Shown here: in pieces, positions 18,700 to 29,260 of the stretch
Position numbering within the stretch: the first letter of the stretch is position 1
How the letters are laid out: every line of letters starts with the position of its first letter
NCBI GenBank assembly: GCA_963665095.1
Contig: OY762069.1
Location: forward strand, 1,984,001-2,048,000
Direction: 5' to 3'
From: an uncultured Desulfobacter sp.
GTDB lineage: Bacteria > Desulfobacterota > Desulfobacteria > Desulfobacterales > Desulfobacteraceae
DNA: 64,000 nucleotides
Notes under the pieces: generated by a model
Seen by the model: only the letters and a program-made list of their open reading frames with translations
The model's database searches: none
Told to the model about the DNA's origin: nothing
Made by a program: the position numbers and the translations under genes

Positions 18700-19362
18700 T
18701 CAGCACATCCGGCCGATCACACTACTTCCGGCGGCTGTTCTATCTCCGGGTTTTACCAAAATCTCAAAAGCCATGGGCAGGTATAGATCCAAACGGGACC
18801 CGAACTGAATCATCCCGTAACGGTCTCCCTTGACCACGTGCTCATGAATTTTTACGCAATTGACAATACGCCGGGCTACAAGACCTGCAATCTGAACGCA
18901 TACGTATTGACGACCGTTGTATGTTTTAATTCTTAACGCATTACGCTCATTATGTACACTTGCCTTATCAAAGGACGCGTTTACAAACTTGCCCGGATGG
19001 TACTGTACCTTCTCAATCACCCCGCTAAAGGGAATCCGGTTGACATGAACATTAAACACATTCATGAAAATACTGACTTTCTGACAGGGCCCGTCCATGT
19101 ATTCGCACTGCGCAATCCGCTGGACCACGATTACTTTCCCGTCCGCAGGAGAAACGAGCAGGTCCCCGTCTTCAGGGATCTCTCTTTCAGGGTCCCTGAA
19201 AAACCAGATCACAAACAATGTAGCCAGCAGGCAGAAAAACCCTGTTGCCAGGCACCCAAAATAAAAAAACATCCCCGTGACAAGGATGGCCGTAATAACA
19301 TATTTAACGCCTGGCATGGCAATCGGTAGCACTGCCTTTGCCGGCCATTTTGAATTATCCAT
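18700..19362 (-). CDS. psd: Phosphatidylserine decarboxylase proenzyme
   Basis: FFRDPER, SPADGKV, SIFMNVFNVHVNR, QIAGLVARRI, FGSRLD cleavage motif. Confidence 0.93.
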   Translation of the reverse strand: MDNSKWPAKAVLPIAMPGVKYVITAILVTGMFFYFGCLATGFFCLLATLFVIWFFRDPEREIPEDGDLLVSPADGKVIVVQRIAQCEYMDGPCQKVSIFMNVFNVHVNRIPFSGVIEKVQYHPGKFVNASFDKASVHNERNALRIKTYNGRQYVCVQIAGLVARRIVNCVKIHEHVVKGDRYGMIQFGSRLDLYLPMAFEILVKPGDRTAAGSSVIGRMC

Positions 19363-19416
19363 ATTCCCCCATATTAACCAAAACCCAACTTTTATATCAA
19401 GGAAGCCAAAGAATTG

Positions 19417-20112
19417 TCAAGCATCTGTTTTTTTGGAAAAATGAATCTGCGCATCAGACTTTCTCAGATAGACCGGGGTCAGCAGGTGACGGGTAAAATC
19501 GACGCTGCCATCGGAGCGGATAGCGGAACGTACAAGTGCCGCCGCGCTGACACCATCCATGGACTCATGCGAAAAAACGGCATTGCCGTGAGTTCTCCCC
19601 AAGATCATCTCCCGATATACCTTTGACCCTGATCCTACAAACATGGCATCAGGTCCGGCGAGATCCACAGCGGTCTCCGGCGGACAGACAGCCTCTATAG
19701 ACTTTTCAATAAGCTGCCCACGGTGAAACCGATACAAAGCCGTATACACTTCTTTGCGTTTTGCATCCATCATCACGCAGACAGGCATTTCAGAACAGCT
19801 GAACCGAAAAGCTATGCCATCTAGACTGGAAATGCCTGCACTGGGCTTTGAAACAGCCATGGCCAGTCCCTTGATCATACTGATGCCGATTCGAAGCCCG
19901 GTAAAACTGCCCGGCCCCCTGGCTGCAATAAACCCGTCAATCTGCTCCACAGACAAACCTGACTGACTGTCAATGGCCTGCTGGATCATCAGTAAAAGCC
20001 CTTTTGAATGGGTCTTCCTTACCAGCAGACAGGATTCAAAAACCATGGCACCGCTCTCAAACAGTGCCATGCTGGCCCCCTGCTCTGCCGTACTCAGGGC
20101 AAAAAAATACAT
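19417..20112 (-). CDS. tsaB: tRNA t6A biosynthesis protein TsaB
   Basis: HS..LL, GPGSFTGLRIG, DAKRKEVY, LTPVYLR. Confidence 0.93.
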   Translation of the reverse strand: MYFFALSTAEQGASMALFESGAMVFESCLLVRKTHSKGLLLMIQQAIDSQSGLSVEQIDGFIAARGPGSFTGLRIGISMIKGLAMAVSKPSAGISSLDGIAFRFSCSEMPVCVMMDAKRKEVYTALYRFHRGQLIEKSIEAVCPPETAVDLAGPDAMFVGSGSKVYREMILGRTHGNAVFSHESMDGVSAAALVRSAIRSDGSVDFTRHLLTPVYLRKSDAQIHFSKKTDA

Positions 20113-20114
20113 GC

Positions 20115-22490
20115 CTAATCCTGCTCGATGGCAATATCCAGCACTTGCCTGATATCCTTAACACAGATAAATGCCAGTTTGGACTTAATTGATTTCGGAA
20201 TATCATGCAGGTCTTTTTTATTTTTTTCAGGGATGATTACTGTTTTAATGCCTGCCCTTAAGGCGCCAAGCGCCTTCTCTTTAAGCCCCCCGATGGGAAG
20301 CACCCTTCCCCGCAAAGAAATCTCCCCTGTCATACCCACTTTGTTATTCACCTTCTTACCTGTAAATGCCGACACCAGGGCTGTGGCAATGGCAATGCCG
20401 GCAGAAGGTCCGTCTTTGGGAATGGCACCAGCCGGCACATGGATATGAATGTCGTTGGCATCAAAAGCTTCCTTGTCAATGTTCAAGTCTTCCTGATGGG
20501 CCTTGGTATAGGTCAGGGCAGCCCGGGCCGACTCCTGCATCACCTCACCGATCTGACCGGTGAGCTGCAGTTCCCCTTTTCCGGGGAATAGAGAAATTTC
20601 AATATAAAGATGTTCACCGCCCACCTCAGTCCACGCAAGCCCAGTAGCAAGTCCGACCTGGCTTTCTTCCTGATCCATCTCGTTAATATACTGGGGCGGT
20701 CCGAGATACTTTGTCATATTCTGACAGGTTACCGTGAAACGCCCTTTTTTACCTTCTGCGATCTGGCGGGCAATTTTTCTACATACAGAATCCAGTTTAC
20801 GTTCAAGTTCTCTTAACCCCGCCTCCAGAGTATACTCAGATACAATGGACTCAATGGCATTGTGGCTGAATTGAATAGAACGTCGAATCAGCCCATTATC
20901 TTTTAGCTTTCGCGGCAAAAGATGTTCCTTTGCTATCACCACCTTCTCCTGGCGAGTGTACCCTGGAATATGTATCAGTTCCATTCGGTCAAGTAGTGCT
21001 GAAGGTATAGTATCTGCCATATTGGCCGTCAAAACAAACAAAACTTCTGACAAATCAAAGGGCATATTCAAATAATGATCGGAAAATTCAAAATTTTGTT
21101 CCGGATCCAACGCCTCTAGCAAAGCGGACGAAGGGTCTCCTCTAAAATCATTGCCCAATTTATCGATCTCATCCAGCATAAAAACGGGATTTTTAGTACC
21201 GCACTGACGAAGTCCCTGCAGGATTCTTCCCGGCATAGCCCCTATGTAGGTCCTGCGATGGCCTCTGATTTCAGCCTCATCCCGGATACCGCCCAAGGAG
21301 ACCCGATGAAATTTGCGTTTCATAGCTTTGGCAATGGCCCTGCCAAGAGATGTCTTGCCCACACCCGGAGGCCCCACAAAACAGATAATCTGACCTTTTT
21401 TCTTTGGATTCAGTTTTCGGACACTTAGATATTCAAGAATTCGGTCTTTGGCTTTATCCAGTCCGTAGTGATTCTGATCCAAAACCTCCTTTGCTTTTTT
21501 TATATCCAGAAAATCTTTGGTACTTTTGCTCCAGGGCAGTTCAACAATACAATCCAAATAAGTTCTGACCACTGAGGCTTCAGAGGAATCAAAGTGCATC
21601 TGCTCCAGGCGAGTGAGCTGTTTTAACGCCTCTTTTTCACATACTTCAGGCAACTTGCATTTTTTAATCTTTTCCTGAAACTCAGCTATTTCAGCAAGCT
21701 TATCATCACTTTCCCCAAGCTCCCGGTGAATGGCCTTAACCTGTTCGCGAAGATAATAGTCCCGCTGATTTTTTGAAATTTCATCTTTAACATGCGTTTG
21801 AATCTTTGCCTGGACTGCTGAAAGGTCCAGTTCCCTGGCCAACAGGTCATTCACCCGTTTTAAACGCTCGACTGTATCCGTTGTTTCCAGGATAGACTGG
21901 GCATCCTCCACTTTGAGGTTCAGGTTGGAGGCCACAAGGTCTGCCAACTTACCAGGGGAATCAATATGTGATAAAAGATCGCCCACATCACCGGAAAAAT
22001 CCCCTTTAAGCGCCAGAAGTTTTTCACTATTTTCTTTAACATTGCGCATCAAAGCTTCAATTTCAATATTGATATCATCCGGCTCGATATCTGAAAGCGT
22101 TTCGACCTTGACCTTAAAAAAGGACCGTTTCTGGACAAATTCAATCACCCTGGCCTTGGCAATACCCTGAACCAGTGCCTTAATTCGTCCGTCAGGCATT
22201 TTTATCATTTTCTGAACCCGGGCAATGGTTCCTGTTTCATAGACATCTGACGGCCCGGGCTTTTCTATTTCAGAATCCCTCTGGACAGACAGAAACACGT
22301 ATCGGTCAAACTCCACACACTCCTCAATGGCCTTAATGGATTTATCCCGACCGACAAACAGAGGAAGCAACATATCTGTAAAGACAACTACATCCCTGAC
22401 CGGCATCATGGGAAGGATATTGGGAATTTCGTCGATATTGCCTTCTTTTTCAATTATTTCGATCAGATCATCAATATCTGCTTCTGCCAT
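20115..22490 (-). CDS. lon: ATP-dependent protease La (Lon)
   Basis: GPPGVGKTS, GHRRTYIGAMPG, LDEIDK, PKDGPSAG, GGLKEK. Confidence 0.97.
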   Translation of the reverse strand: MAEADIDDLIEIIEKEGNIDEIPNILPMMPVRDVVVFTDMLLPLFVGRDKSIKAIEECVEFDRYVFLSVQRDSEIEKPGPSDVYETGTIARVQKMIKMPDGRIKALVQGIAKARVIEFVQKRSFFKVKVETLSDIEPDDINIEIEALMRNVKENSEKLLALKGDFSGDVGDLLSHIDSPGKLADLVASNLNLKVEDAQSILETTDTVERLKRVNDLLARELDLSAVQAKIQTHVKDEISKNQRDYYLREQVKAIHRELGESDDKLAEIAEFQEKIKKCKLPEVCEKEALKQLTRLEQMHFDSSEASVVRTYLDCIVELPWSKSTKDFLDIKKAKEVLDQNHYGLDKAKDRILEYLSVRKLNPKKKGQIICFVGPPGVGKTSLGRAIAKAMKRKFHRVSLGGIRDEAEIRGHRRTYIGAMPGRILQGLRQCGTKNPVFMLDEIDKLGNDFRGDPSSALLEALDPEQNFEFSDHYLNMPFDLSEVLFVLTANMADTIPSALLDRMELIHIPGYTRQEKVVIAKEHLLPRKLKDNGLIRRSIQFSHNAIESIVSEYTLEAGLRELERKLDSVCRKIARQIAEGKKGRFTVTCQNMTKYLGPPQYINEMDQEESQVGLATGLAWTEVGGEHLYIEISLFPGKGELQLTGQIGEVMQESARAALTYTKAHQEDLNIDKEAFDANDIHIHVPAGAIPKDGPSAGIAIATALVSAFTGKKVNNKVGMTGEISLRGRVLPIGGLKEKALGALRAGIKTVIIPEKNKKDLHDIPKSIKSKLAFICVKDIRQVLDIAIEQD

Positions 22491-22864
22491 TTATGCTCCT
22501 TAAATTCAAACAATTGCCGCAGGTCAGTTTTAAGATCTGCCACCTTTTGGCTGCATTTGAATAAATTTTTTGGTTACCATCCTGTCATAAAAAACAGGAC
22601 CAGACCGAACGCTATCTGACATCAGAAGCCTTTCCGGATTGGTCCTCCCCGTATCTATACTGGGGTTACGCATTAAATCGTATTTAGAATAAAACAGAAA
22701 AATATTTTTACAATATCCTTGAAAAAATATTTTCAACATTAGATATTCCACAAGATGTATCAGAAAAACCTGATTATGTCAGGTACCTTTTGAACTGATT
22801 GTCCATTATTGCAACCACGACTTAAATAAATATGCCACTATTAAGAATGGCAAATAGGAACAAT

Positions 22865-23650
22865 ATGTCCCAAGTATACACCTTTATTGCTGTTATGTTT
22901 TTTATTTTTGGTGCCTGTATCGGCAGTTTCCTTAATGTAGTGATTTACAGGCTTCCCGAAAGGCAATCCATTATTTTCCCCTCTTCCCATTGCCCTTTCT
23001 GTCAACACGCCATCCCATTTTATCTTAATTTACCGATTATCAGTTTTGTGCTTTTGAAAGGCCAATGCCGATTTTGCAAAAAACCAATTTCAATACGGTA
23101 TCCAATTGTGGAAATGATCACAGGTATGCTTGGGTTAGGAATGTTCTTACGGTTTGGCCTTTCAACGACTGCCCTTTTTTATTTTATATTTGGTGCGGTG
23201 CTCATCGCCATCTCCTTTATTGACTTTGACCGCCAGATTATCCCGGACAGACTGTCCATACCCGGAATTTTTATATTTTCGCTATCATGCCTTTTGGTGC
23301 CCCACATGACAATTATGTCTGTTTTTCTGGGAATCCTGGGCGGAGGGGGGATTTTGTATGCAGTGGCCCTGTCCTATTATTATCTGCGGGGACGCCAAGG
23401 AATGGGCGGAGGGGATATTAAACTTTTGGCCATGATCGGAGCCGCCACTGGGATAGAAGGGGTATTTTTCACACTGTTTACAGGATCGGTCTTGGGAACC
23501 CTTGGCGGGGTTGCAACAATGGCCTTAGCAGGAAAATCAGAAAAAAAAACAGCCAAAATACCCTTTGGACCATTCCTTTCGGCCGGGGCACTTCTCTACA
23601 TCTTCTGGGGTGATCCACTGATCCAGTGGTATCTTGGGATCCTTGGTTAA
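22865..23650 (+). CDS. pilD: Prepilin peptidase/N-methyltransferase
   Basis: GSFLNVVIYRLP, CPFC and CRFC zinc motifs, GMGGGDIKL, IPFGPFL. Start chosen at 22865 (AGGA RBS). Confidence 0.93.
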   Translation: MSQVYTFIAVMFFIFGACIGSFLNVVIYRLPERQSIIFPSSHCPFCQHAIPFYLNLPIISFVLLKGQCRFCKKPISIRYPIVEMITGMLGLGMFLRFGLSTTALFYFIFGAVLIAISFIDFDRQIIPDRLSIPGIFIFSLSCLLVPHMTIMSVFLGILGGGGILYAVALSYYYLRGRQGMGGGDIKLLAMIGAATGIEGVFFTLFTGSVLGTLGGVATMALAGKSEKKTAKIPFGPFLSAGALLYIFWGDPLIQWYLGILG

Positions 23651-23652
23651 AA

Positions 23653-24126
23653 TTAACTACTGCTATCGGAATAACAGATCTCAAGCACCACTTTGCCCTT
23701 AGTGGTTTGAAAAGGAATACTCACCACATGACTGCCGGAGGCTATGTGTGTAATTATTTCATTTCTACCTGTCACCACTTTTACGAATTTAACTTTTACC
23801 TTTTTATCCAACTCTCCGATCTTAGTAGTTACGTGCCCGGCTACCATGTTGCTGATTTCCCCAACCGCATCTGAGATCTCTTCGTTGATTTCAGTCATCT
23901 CTTCGCCGAACATGGCTGATACGATACCTAATATACTTTTCCTAGTAAAAGATATTGCAACCGTTGCCTCAAGATCCCCTTCAACCGTTAAGAGCCCTGA
24001 TATATCGCCCTGATGACTTGTATCACCCTTGAGAAAAGGTGGCTGGGGTTTTACTTTCACTAAGGCAGTAGTATCAAGAATGTGTAAAGTTCCCTCGATA
24101 AAAGGATTGACAAGCGCTACATCCAT
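23653..24126 (-). CDS. cheX: Chemotaxis phosphatase CheX family
   Basis: LVNPFIEG, GDISG, DAVGEISNMVAG (ExxN catalytic motif). Confidence 0.88.
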   Translation of the reverse strand: MDVALVNPFIEGTLHILDTTALVKVKPQPPFLKGDTSHQGDISGLLTVEGDLEATVAISFTRKSILGIVSAMFGEEMTEINEEISDAVGEISNMVAGHVTTKIGELDKKVKVKFVKVVTGRNEIITHIASGSHVVSIPFQTTKGKVVLEICYSDSSS

Positions 24127-24205
24127 TTTCTCCTCCCGTTTTGAATCATTTTATGCCGCCCTGAAAAAACTGGCAACGAAATTTTTTAAAAAAAGCAATA
24201 AATAC

Positions 24206-24234
24206 TTGACACGCCCTTCTCAACGACGTAACGT
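24206..24234 (+). promoter_or_regulatory. Putative sigma70 promoter of hup
   Basis: TTGACA-17 nt-TAACGT. Confidence 0.5.
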
Positions 24235-24324
24235 ACGCAAAAAAGCTTAAATGAAAACTATTTTCATAAAAATTATATTTTAACTTATTTTTTTCCTACA
24301 AACCCCAAAAAAAGGAGTGGCACG

Positions 24325-24594
24325 ATGAACAAAGGCGATTTAATCAACAAGGTTTCAGAAGTTCTCAGCAGCAAAAAAGATGCTCAGGCGGCCGTTGACT
24401 GCATGATTCAGACAATCACTGATGCATTGGCTGCCAACGATTCTGTAACGCTCGTGGGCTTCGGCACATTTAAAACAGCTGAACGCAAAGCCAGAAAGGG
24501 CAGAAATCCCCAGACAGGCAAAGAGATTAACATCCCGGCTAGAAATGTTCCTAAGTTTGTTCCTGGCAAAGCTCTTAAAGACGCCGTTAAATAA
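24325..24594 (+). CDS. hup: HU DNA-binding protein
   Basis: MNKGDLI...LVGFGTF...[16 protein letters not shown]...[10 protein letters not shown]. Confidence 0.96.
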   Translation: MNKGDLINKVSEVLSSKKDAQAAVDCMIQTITDALAANDSVTLVGFGTFKTAERKARKGRNPQTGKEINIPARNVPKFVPGKALKDAVK

Positions 24595-24618
24595 CGACAA
24601 CCCTTTTTATAAGTTCAT

Positions 24619-24665
24619 CTTCAGGCAGTATTGACAAGGGAAGTCAATGCTGCCTGAAGGGTTTT
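24619..24665 (+). terminator. Intrinsic terminator after hup
   Basis: 17-bp stem CTTCAGGCAGTATTGAC / GTCAATGCTGCCTGAAG (one G-U pair), then GGTTTT. Confidence 0.65.
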
Positions 24666-24670
24666 ATGAT

Positions 24671-25420
24671 ATGGGATTTGACGTTTCAAAGATATTTCTA
24701 CCCTCAGTCGGAGTTGATCTGGTATTAAATATGAATACCGATTTCCCCATCTCAAAATCTTCAATTATATACGACAGTAACTTTAAAAAAAGGACCATCA
24801 CAGTTGCCCAGCCCGCCACACCCATTACCCCAAACACTCAATTTGAGCAACTACACCTGACAACGCTCGTTTATCTCAATCAGCGCCGGTCCCGAATTGG
24901 CTTAAGGTGCAAGTCCGTTAAGTTCATAAATGATTATCCCATGGCCAACGGAGCCCTGACAAAAGCCCTTGTGGTTGAGTACCAGTTGCCGGCCACAGAG
25001 AGTAATATCCGTTCAGCCTTCAGACTACCTGTTGGAAGCAGATATACGGTAAAAGCCAAGCTCGTATACAATAAACAAGAGTATCGGACACCTAGTGATT
25101 TCAAAATTAAGGACATTTCTTTTTCGGGTTTAGGACTTGTCATTCTGGAAAAGAAAGGCAAAAACAATGCCCTGTATACCCTCAACCCTGGAACAGAACT
25201 TATTATGGGTTTAGCACTTGTAGACAAAGATCAACCTGGAGCGGTAGGAACCTTCCCAATTAAAATCAAGGTGGCACGGATAAACTCCAATTATTCAGAG
25301 ACGCACACGCTGATAGGTTTGCAAATTACCAGCATCACTCAGGAAAATGAATCTGTCCTCAATCAGTTTATCCACGCGGCACAAATAGACGAATTAAAAC
25401 GCATCAGCAAGAAAGGCTGA
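24671..25420 (+). CDS. PilZ-domain c-di-GMP receptor protein
   Basis: RxxxR (RSAFR) and DxSxxG (DISFSG). The track start at 24647 lies inside the terminator hairpin, so 24671 is preferred. Confidence 0.8.
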   Translation: MGFDVSKIFLPSVGVDLVLNMNTDFPISKSSIIYDSNFKKRTITVAQPATPITPNTQFEQLHLTTLVYLNQRRSRIGLRCKSVKFINDYPMANGALTKALVVEYQLPATESNIRSAFRLPVGSRYTVKAKLVYNKQEYRTPSDFKIKDISFSGLGLVILEKKGKNNALYTLNPGTELIMGLALVDKDQPGAVGTFPIKIKVARINSNYSETHTLIGLQITSITQENESVLNQFIHAAQIDELKRISKKG

Positions 25421-26852
25421 CCTTCTGTTTGCGTATATACGTTTTGAGCCAGCCAACAAGATCCTTTTGATCAGAATCAAGACGATCCATGCCCTGTGCA
25501 ATTTCTTCAAGCAATGTTAAGGCACTGTCACAAGTCAATTTGGTATCATCTTTATAGCCTTTGACGGGAATGCCGGGCTGCATGCCGGTGATCCCCCTGA
25601 GATGAGACAAAAACTCAGGCACCCGTTTCAGTTTTTCATTAAAATTTCTAACCAGGACTCTTTGGGCCAATGTACGTACCCTTTTACTCTGTAACGTCGT
25701 GGAGACCTGATATTTCTTCTCAATACCAGCTTTGTGAAATGCTGCGATTTCTTTTCTATCCTGATAAGAAAAAAATCCACCCTGATAAAGATCGGCGTCA
25801 GGATCTATATCAGGCACCCTTGGATATTTAAAATCGCGATGAAACGCCACAGCTTTAGAAAATTTGGATAAAGAATCCTCACAAATTATCTTCAGATTCT
25901 GGTGACAGACTGCTTTGGTCCGATCTGGCATCTTACCCCAAAACCGGTCTAAGGCAGGCAAAATCAAAAACTGATCTCCCGGCTTTTTTCGTAATGTGAT
26001 GAAATCATAAATGCCACGCTCATCATCTATTCGGTCAAACAAATCTTCTTTGTCCAAACGAACCCAGAGCTTTTGATTTTTATAGGGAGTGGATTCCCCG
26101 ATACAGAGGACAGGAGCCAAATATCCGCAGTCAGAGCCAAATGAAACCGATACCATCAAAGCGATATCCATTCCATATTCCGATGCGATTTTTGAGGTGC
26201 CAAGGCGGGCCATTCGATCAAGATCCTTTTGCTTGTCAAAAAAGCCAAGGACATACTCCCATATGTCGTCATACCTTGAAAACGCCTTTGCAAGGCAGAC
26301 AACCGCTTCCACATCACTCATGGCCTCATGGGCTCTACCCGAAATCTGAAAACCATTTTCACGGGTCAGATACTCAAGCTTCATGGTTGTTTTTCCATCT
26401 GCCAAAACCGGCCAGGACAGGGCCTGACGACAGTACAGGTAATATATCAATGTCACCGGCAGCATATCCATTCTGCAGCATCCGCTGGCAAATTGGTGAG
26501 CATAAGGATCTAAAAGATTACGATAGAAAAGAAAACGTAAAAATTCATCATCAAACCCAAGGGAATTATATCCCATACTGATTGTGTCGGGGGTATTGAG
26601 AATGGCATGAATCTTTAGAGCAGCCTGGTATTCGCTAATCCCGGTCTCAAGTATTTGTGGACTAAGCCTGTGAGTGAGAAACGCACCGGGAGAGGGGACG
26701 ATATCGGCACGCAGCCGAACGATTATTAACTCTCTGCTTATTTCGTTCAGGGCAGTATCTGTTCGGATACATGCAAAGGTGAGTACCTGGTCAAAGGCGG
26801 GATTCAGTCCGGATGTTTCGATATCATAAAAAAGAAAAGTTTTCATTTTCAT
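25404..26852 (-). CDS. sbcB: Exodeoxyribonuclease I (DEDDh 3'-5' exonuclease)
   Basis: YDIETSGLNP..DQ, GYNSLGFDDEF, AHEAMSDV, DADLYQGGFFS. Confidence 0.85.
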   Translation of the reverse strand: MKMKTFLFYDIETSGLNPAFDQVLTFACIRTDTALNEISRELIIVRLRADIVPSPGAFLTHRLSPQILETGISEYQAALKIHAILNTPDTISMGYNSLGFDDEFLRFLFYRNLLDPYAHQFASGCCRMDMLPVTLIYYLYCRQALSWPVLADGKTTMKLEYLTRENGFQISGRAHEAMSDVEAVVCLAKAFSRYDDIWEYVLGFFDKQKDLDRMARLGTSKIASEYGMDIALMVSVSFGSDCGYLAPVLCIGESTPYKNQKLWVRLDKEDLFDRIDDERGIYDFITLRKKPGDQFLILPALDRFWGKMPDRTKAVCHQNLKIICEDSLSKFSKAVAFHRDFKYPRVPDIDPDADLYQGGFFSYQDRKEIAAFHKAGIEKKYQVSTTLQSKRVRTLAQRVLVRNFNEKLKRVPEFLSHLRGITGMQPGIPVKGYKDDTKLTCDSALTLLEEIAQGMDRLDSDQKDLVGWLKTYIRKQKVSLSC

Positions 26853-26853
26853 T

Positions 26854-26884
26854 AAAAAAGGGAAACAAACACCGTCTGTCCCCC
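26854..26884 (-). terminator. Intrinsic terminator after rpsI
   Basis: Minus strand GGGGGACAGAC-GGT-GTTTGTTTCCC then T6. Confidence 0.6.
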
Positions 26885-26923
26885 TTTTTGTTTTGTGAAA
26901 CCGACCTGAAAAGCCGGAGAATA

Positions 26924-27319
26924 TTACCTTTTCGAGAACTGGAAACTGGCTCTTGCACCCTTTTTGCCATATTTCTTCCGTTCTTTCTGCCTAGAGTCCC
27001 TGGTTAAAAAACCAGCAGATTTTAGTACTCCGCGAAGATCAGGATCTGATAAAACCAGAGCTTTGGAAACACCCTGACGAATGGCGCCAGCCTGTCCACT
27101 CTGTCCGCCTCCCATCACGGTGATTTTAATATCAAATGCATCACTCTTATCGGTTAAGACAAGGGGAGAGGTGAGCAGTTCCTGGTTTACAGCAATATCA
27201 AAATACTCATCCAGTTCCCGGTTATTAACAACTATTTTCCCTGTACCAGGCATCAGCCAAACTTTGGCTACAGAATCTTTTCTCTTACCTGTTGCATAAA
27301 ATTGCGTTGTACTTTCCAT
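26924..27319 (-). CDS. rpsI: 30S ribosomal protein S9
   Basis: [31 protein letters not shown]...QFSKR. Confidence 0.98.
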   Translation of the reverse strand: MESTTQFYATGKRKDSVAKVWLMPGTGKIVVNNRELDEYFDIAVNQELLTSPLVLTDKSDAFDIKITVMGGGQSGQAGAIRQGVSKALVLSDPDLRGVLKSAGFLTRDSRQKERKKYGKKGARASFQFSKR

Positions 27320-27344
27320 TGATTGTATAAAATCCTTTTATATC

Positions 27345-27779
27345 TTAGAATTCAACAACTTGAGGCTTCTGCGCAGCATGGGGATGCTGGTCGCCTGCAT
27401 ATACGAATAATTTTTTGCCAAGTTTACGGCCCAGCCTGTTTTTAGGCAGCATACCTCGTACCGCTTTCCTTAAGACATCTTCGGGCTTTTTTTCAAGCAT
27501 CTCTTTTGCCGTCTGAGATTTTAACCCCCCCATATACCCGGAATGACGGTAATATGTTTTCTGGGTCATCTTATTGCCGGTCAGGCGAACCTTGTCGGCA
27601 TTAACGACAATAACCCAGTCCCCGGTATCCACATGAGGGGTATAAAGCGGATTATGTTTACCGCGGATTCTATACGCTATCTGGGAAGCAAGCCGCCCAA
27701 GTACCTGATCTTTTGCATCAATAACGCACCAGTTCTCTTTGTTGTCAGATCTTTTCGCACTGTATGTATATTTTTTCAA
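27345..27779 (-). CDS. rplM: 50S ribosomal protein L13
   Basis: [42 protein letters not shown] start at 27779 with GGAG RBS. Confidence 0.97.
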   Translation of the reverse strand: MKKYTYSAKRSDNKENWCVIDAKDQVLGRLASQIAYRIRGKHNPLYTPHVDTGDWVIVVNADKVRLTGNKMTQKTYYRHSGYMGGLKSQTAKEMLEKKPEDVLRKAVRGMLPKNRLGRKLGKKLFVYAGDQHPHAAQKPQVVEF

Positions 27780-27852
27780 TTTTCTCCATGCTCCTCTAAA
27801 TAAACGCAATCAGGGATACTTACAGAATTTTTTTTTTGAAGTCAAGTTTTTT

Positions 27853-28275
27853 TTATAATTCAATCTGTTTTTCATCAACCTGCCGGCTTTTTGATCCACC
27901 GGGAAAGAATGATTTCTCTTTCTGAGACTGAGCCATATTGCTGGCAGTCTTGCATGCAACATCGGCATTGAGAACGCCACCATTTTCCACAATAAGATCC
28001 TGACAGACAACCTTACCTGCGCAGACACCGGACGATAGAATAATCAGCTCCTTTGAGGCATGCACCTCCCCTTCAAAACTGCCGCCAATGGTAAGGCTGG
28101 ACACTTTTGTACGTGTTGAATTTACCTGCCCGTTCTGCGCAATGATGACTACGTCCCCCTCAATGGTTCCTGTCACCTGCCCTTTGATGATTAGCTTTCC
28201 GGAACTTTCTATCGAGCCGTCAATTTTAAGCTCTTTGTCAATGATGCTTAAATTCTTTTTGCCTTTTATCCCCAC
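27853..28275 (-). CDS. Bactofilin (polymer-forming cytoskeletal protein)
   Basis: Beta-helical repeats SIIDKELKIDGSIESSGKLIIKGQVTGTIEG...IGGSFEGEV...LIVENGGVLNA. Confidence 0.88.
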   Translation of the reverse strand: MGIKGKKNLSIIDKELKIDGSIESSGKLIIKGQVTGTIEGDVVIIAQNGQVNSTRTKVSSLTIGGSFEGEVHASKELIILSSGVCAGKVVCQDLIVENGGVLNADVACKTASNMAQSQKEKSFFPGGSKSRQVDEKQIEL

Positions 28276-28330
28276 AGCTGTAAGTCTCCTTGCAATACAC
28301 GTAATATAAATTGAAAGTCTGTATTAGTCC

Positions 28331-29260
28331 TTATTCCTTTATGCCGGATTTAAATGAGGTCTTAAACAACAGTGTTTCTGTTTCATCAAATATATATATT
28401 GATGCAGTGGTAAACTTTTCCGGTGGCGTGACAGTCGACACTGTGAACTGTACGGGTTTAAATCGGGAAATGGAAAAATAATGCCCTTTTCTATACGGCC
28501 CTGGAATACCATCTGTCATATCAGCCTTAGGTGTAATCTCCCATTTAGAGGGATCGGTGCCTTCGGGTTTTAGTACACAAAAAATTCGACCGGATATTTC
28601 CCTGGCATTCTGGGTTGTATTTCTCAGATCAAACCGTATCACAACTTGTTGCCGGCTCTTTCCGCGGGAAAGAGAAAAATTTTCAACTGTAACAGACGCT
28701 GTATTTTCAGAAATTTGTTCAGACAATAATTTATCCTCCGGATCTGCTGGCACAGCCTGGCCTTCCTGTACCCTCTCAGTGCCCTGTTCAGAAAACAATT
28801 CCGATCCAGATTCCGTATCAGAAACGAAACTGTCAGTTTGCAGATCCGATCCATTTTTATCAATCATTCCCTGACGTTTTTCTTTACGGGGTAGCTCCGG
28901 CTCCTTCACAGCAGCCATCGTTTCAAGTTCGGAAACATTGCCAGTTACAACCAACCGGGCCATAAGAAGTTCTTTCTCACCGGTCAGGCGCTGTACTCTT
29001 TCTCCTAAAGTGTCCACGGTTGCCCTTAACTGGACGTTATGAATTTCTGCTTTGGAATAAAGCCAATAGAATCCGCCTGTACCACAGCTTGCGACTATAC
29101 TGACCACCAGAAAAAAATAAACCATCCCTTTCAGGTAATTACCTGATTTCAGCTCCCCAAAGTTATCAACAATCAGAATATTTTTCCCTTTGGGCCTGTT
29201 ATAGGGCTTTGGTTTTGTTCGGGCTATCTCCCTTTCCAGTTCTCTCGAAATATCTTCCAT
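28331..29260 (-). CDS. Hypothetical single-TM protein with coiled coil, acidic linker and beta-rich C-terminal domain
   Basis: 309-aa ORF; TM near residues 46-68, heptads follow; overlaps the upstream gene. Confidence 0.75.
   Translation of the reverse strand: MEDISRELEREIARTKPKPYNRPKGKNILIVDNFGELKSGNYLKGMVYFFLVVSIVASCGTGGFYWLYSKAEIHNVQLRATVDTLGERVQRLTGEKELLMARLVVTGNVSELETMAAVKEPELPRKEKRQGMIDKNGSDLQTDSFVSDTESGSELFSEQGTERVQEGQAVPADPEDKLLSEQISENTASVTVENFSLSRGKSRQQVVIRFDLRNTTQNAREISGRIFCVLKPEGTDPSKWEITPKADMTDGIPGPYRKGHYFSISRFKPVQFTVSTVTPPEKFTTASIYIFDETETLLFKTSFKSGIKE

Noticed and set aside
22530..22751. 73-aa ORF upstream of lon
   Set aside because: AT-rich divergent promoter region with no RBS or motif.
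27817..27845. A10 run inside the probable rplM promoter spacer as a phase-variation switch
   Set aside because: The -10 match is weak, A-tracts are common in this AT-rich intergenic DNA, and switching an essential ribosomal operon is implausible.
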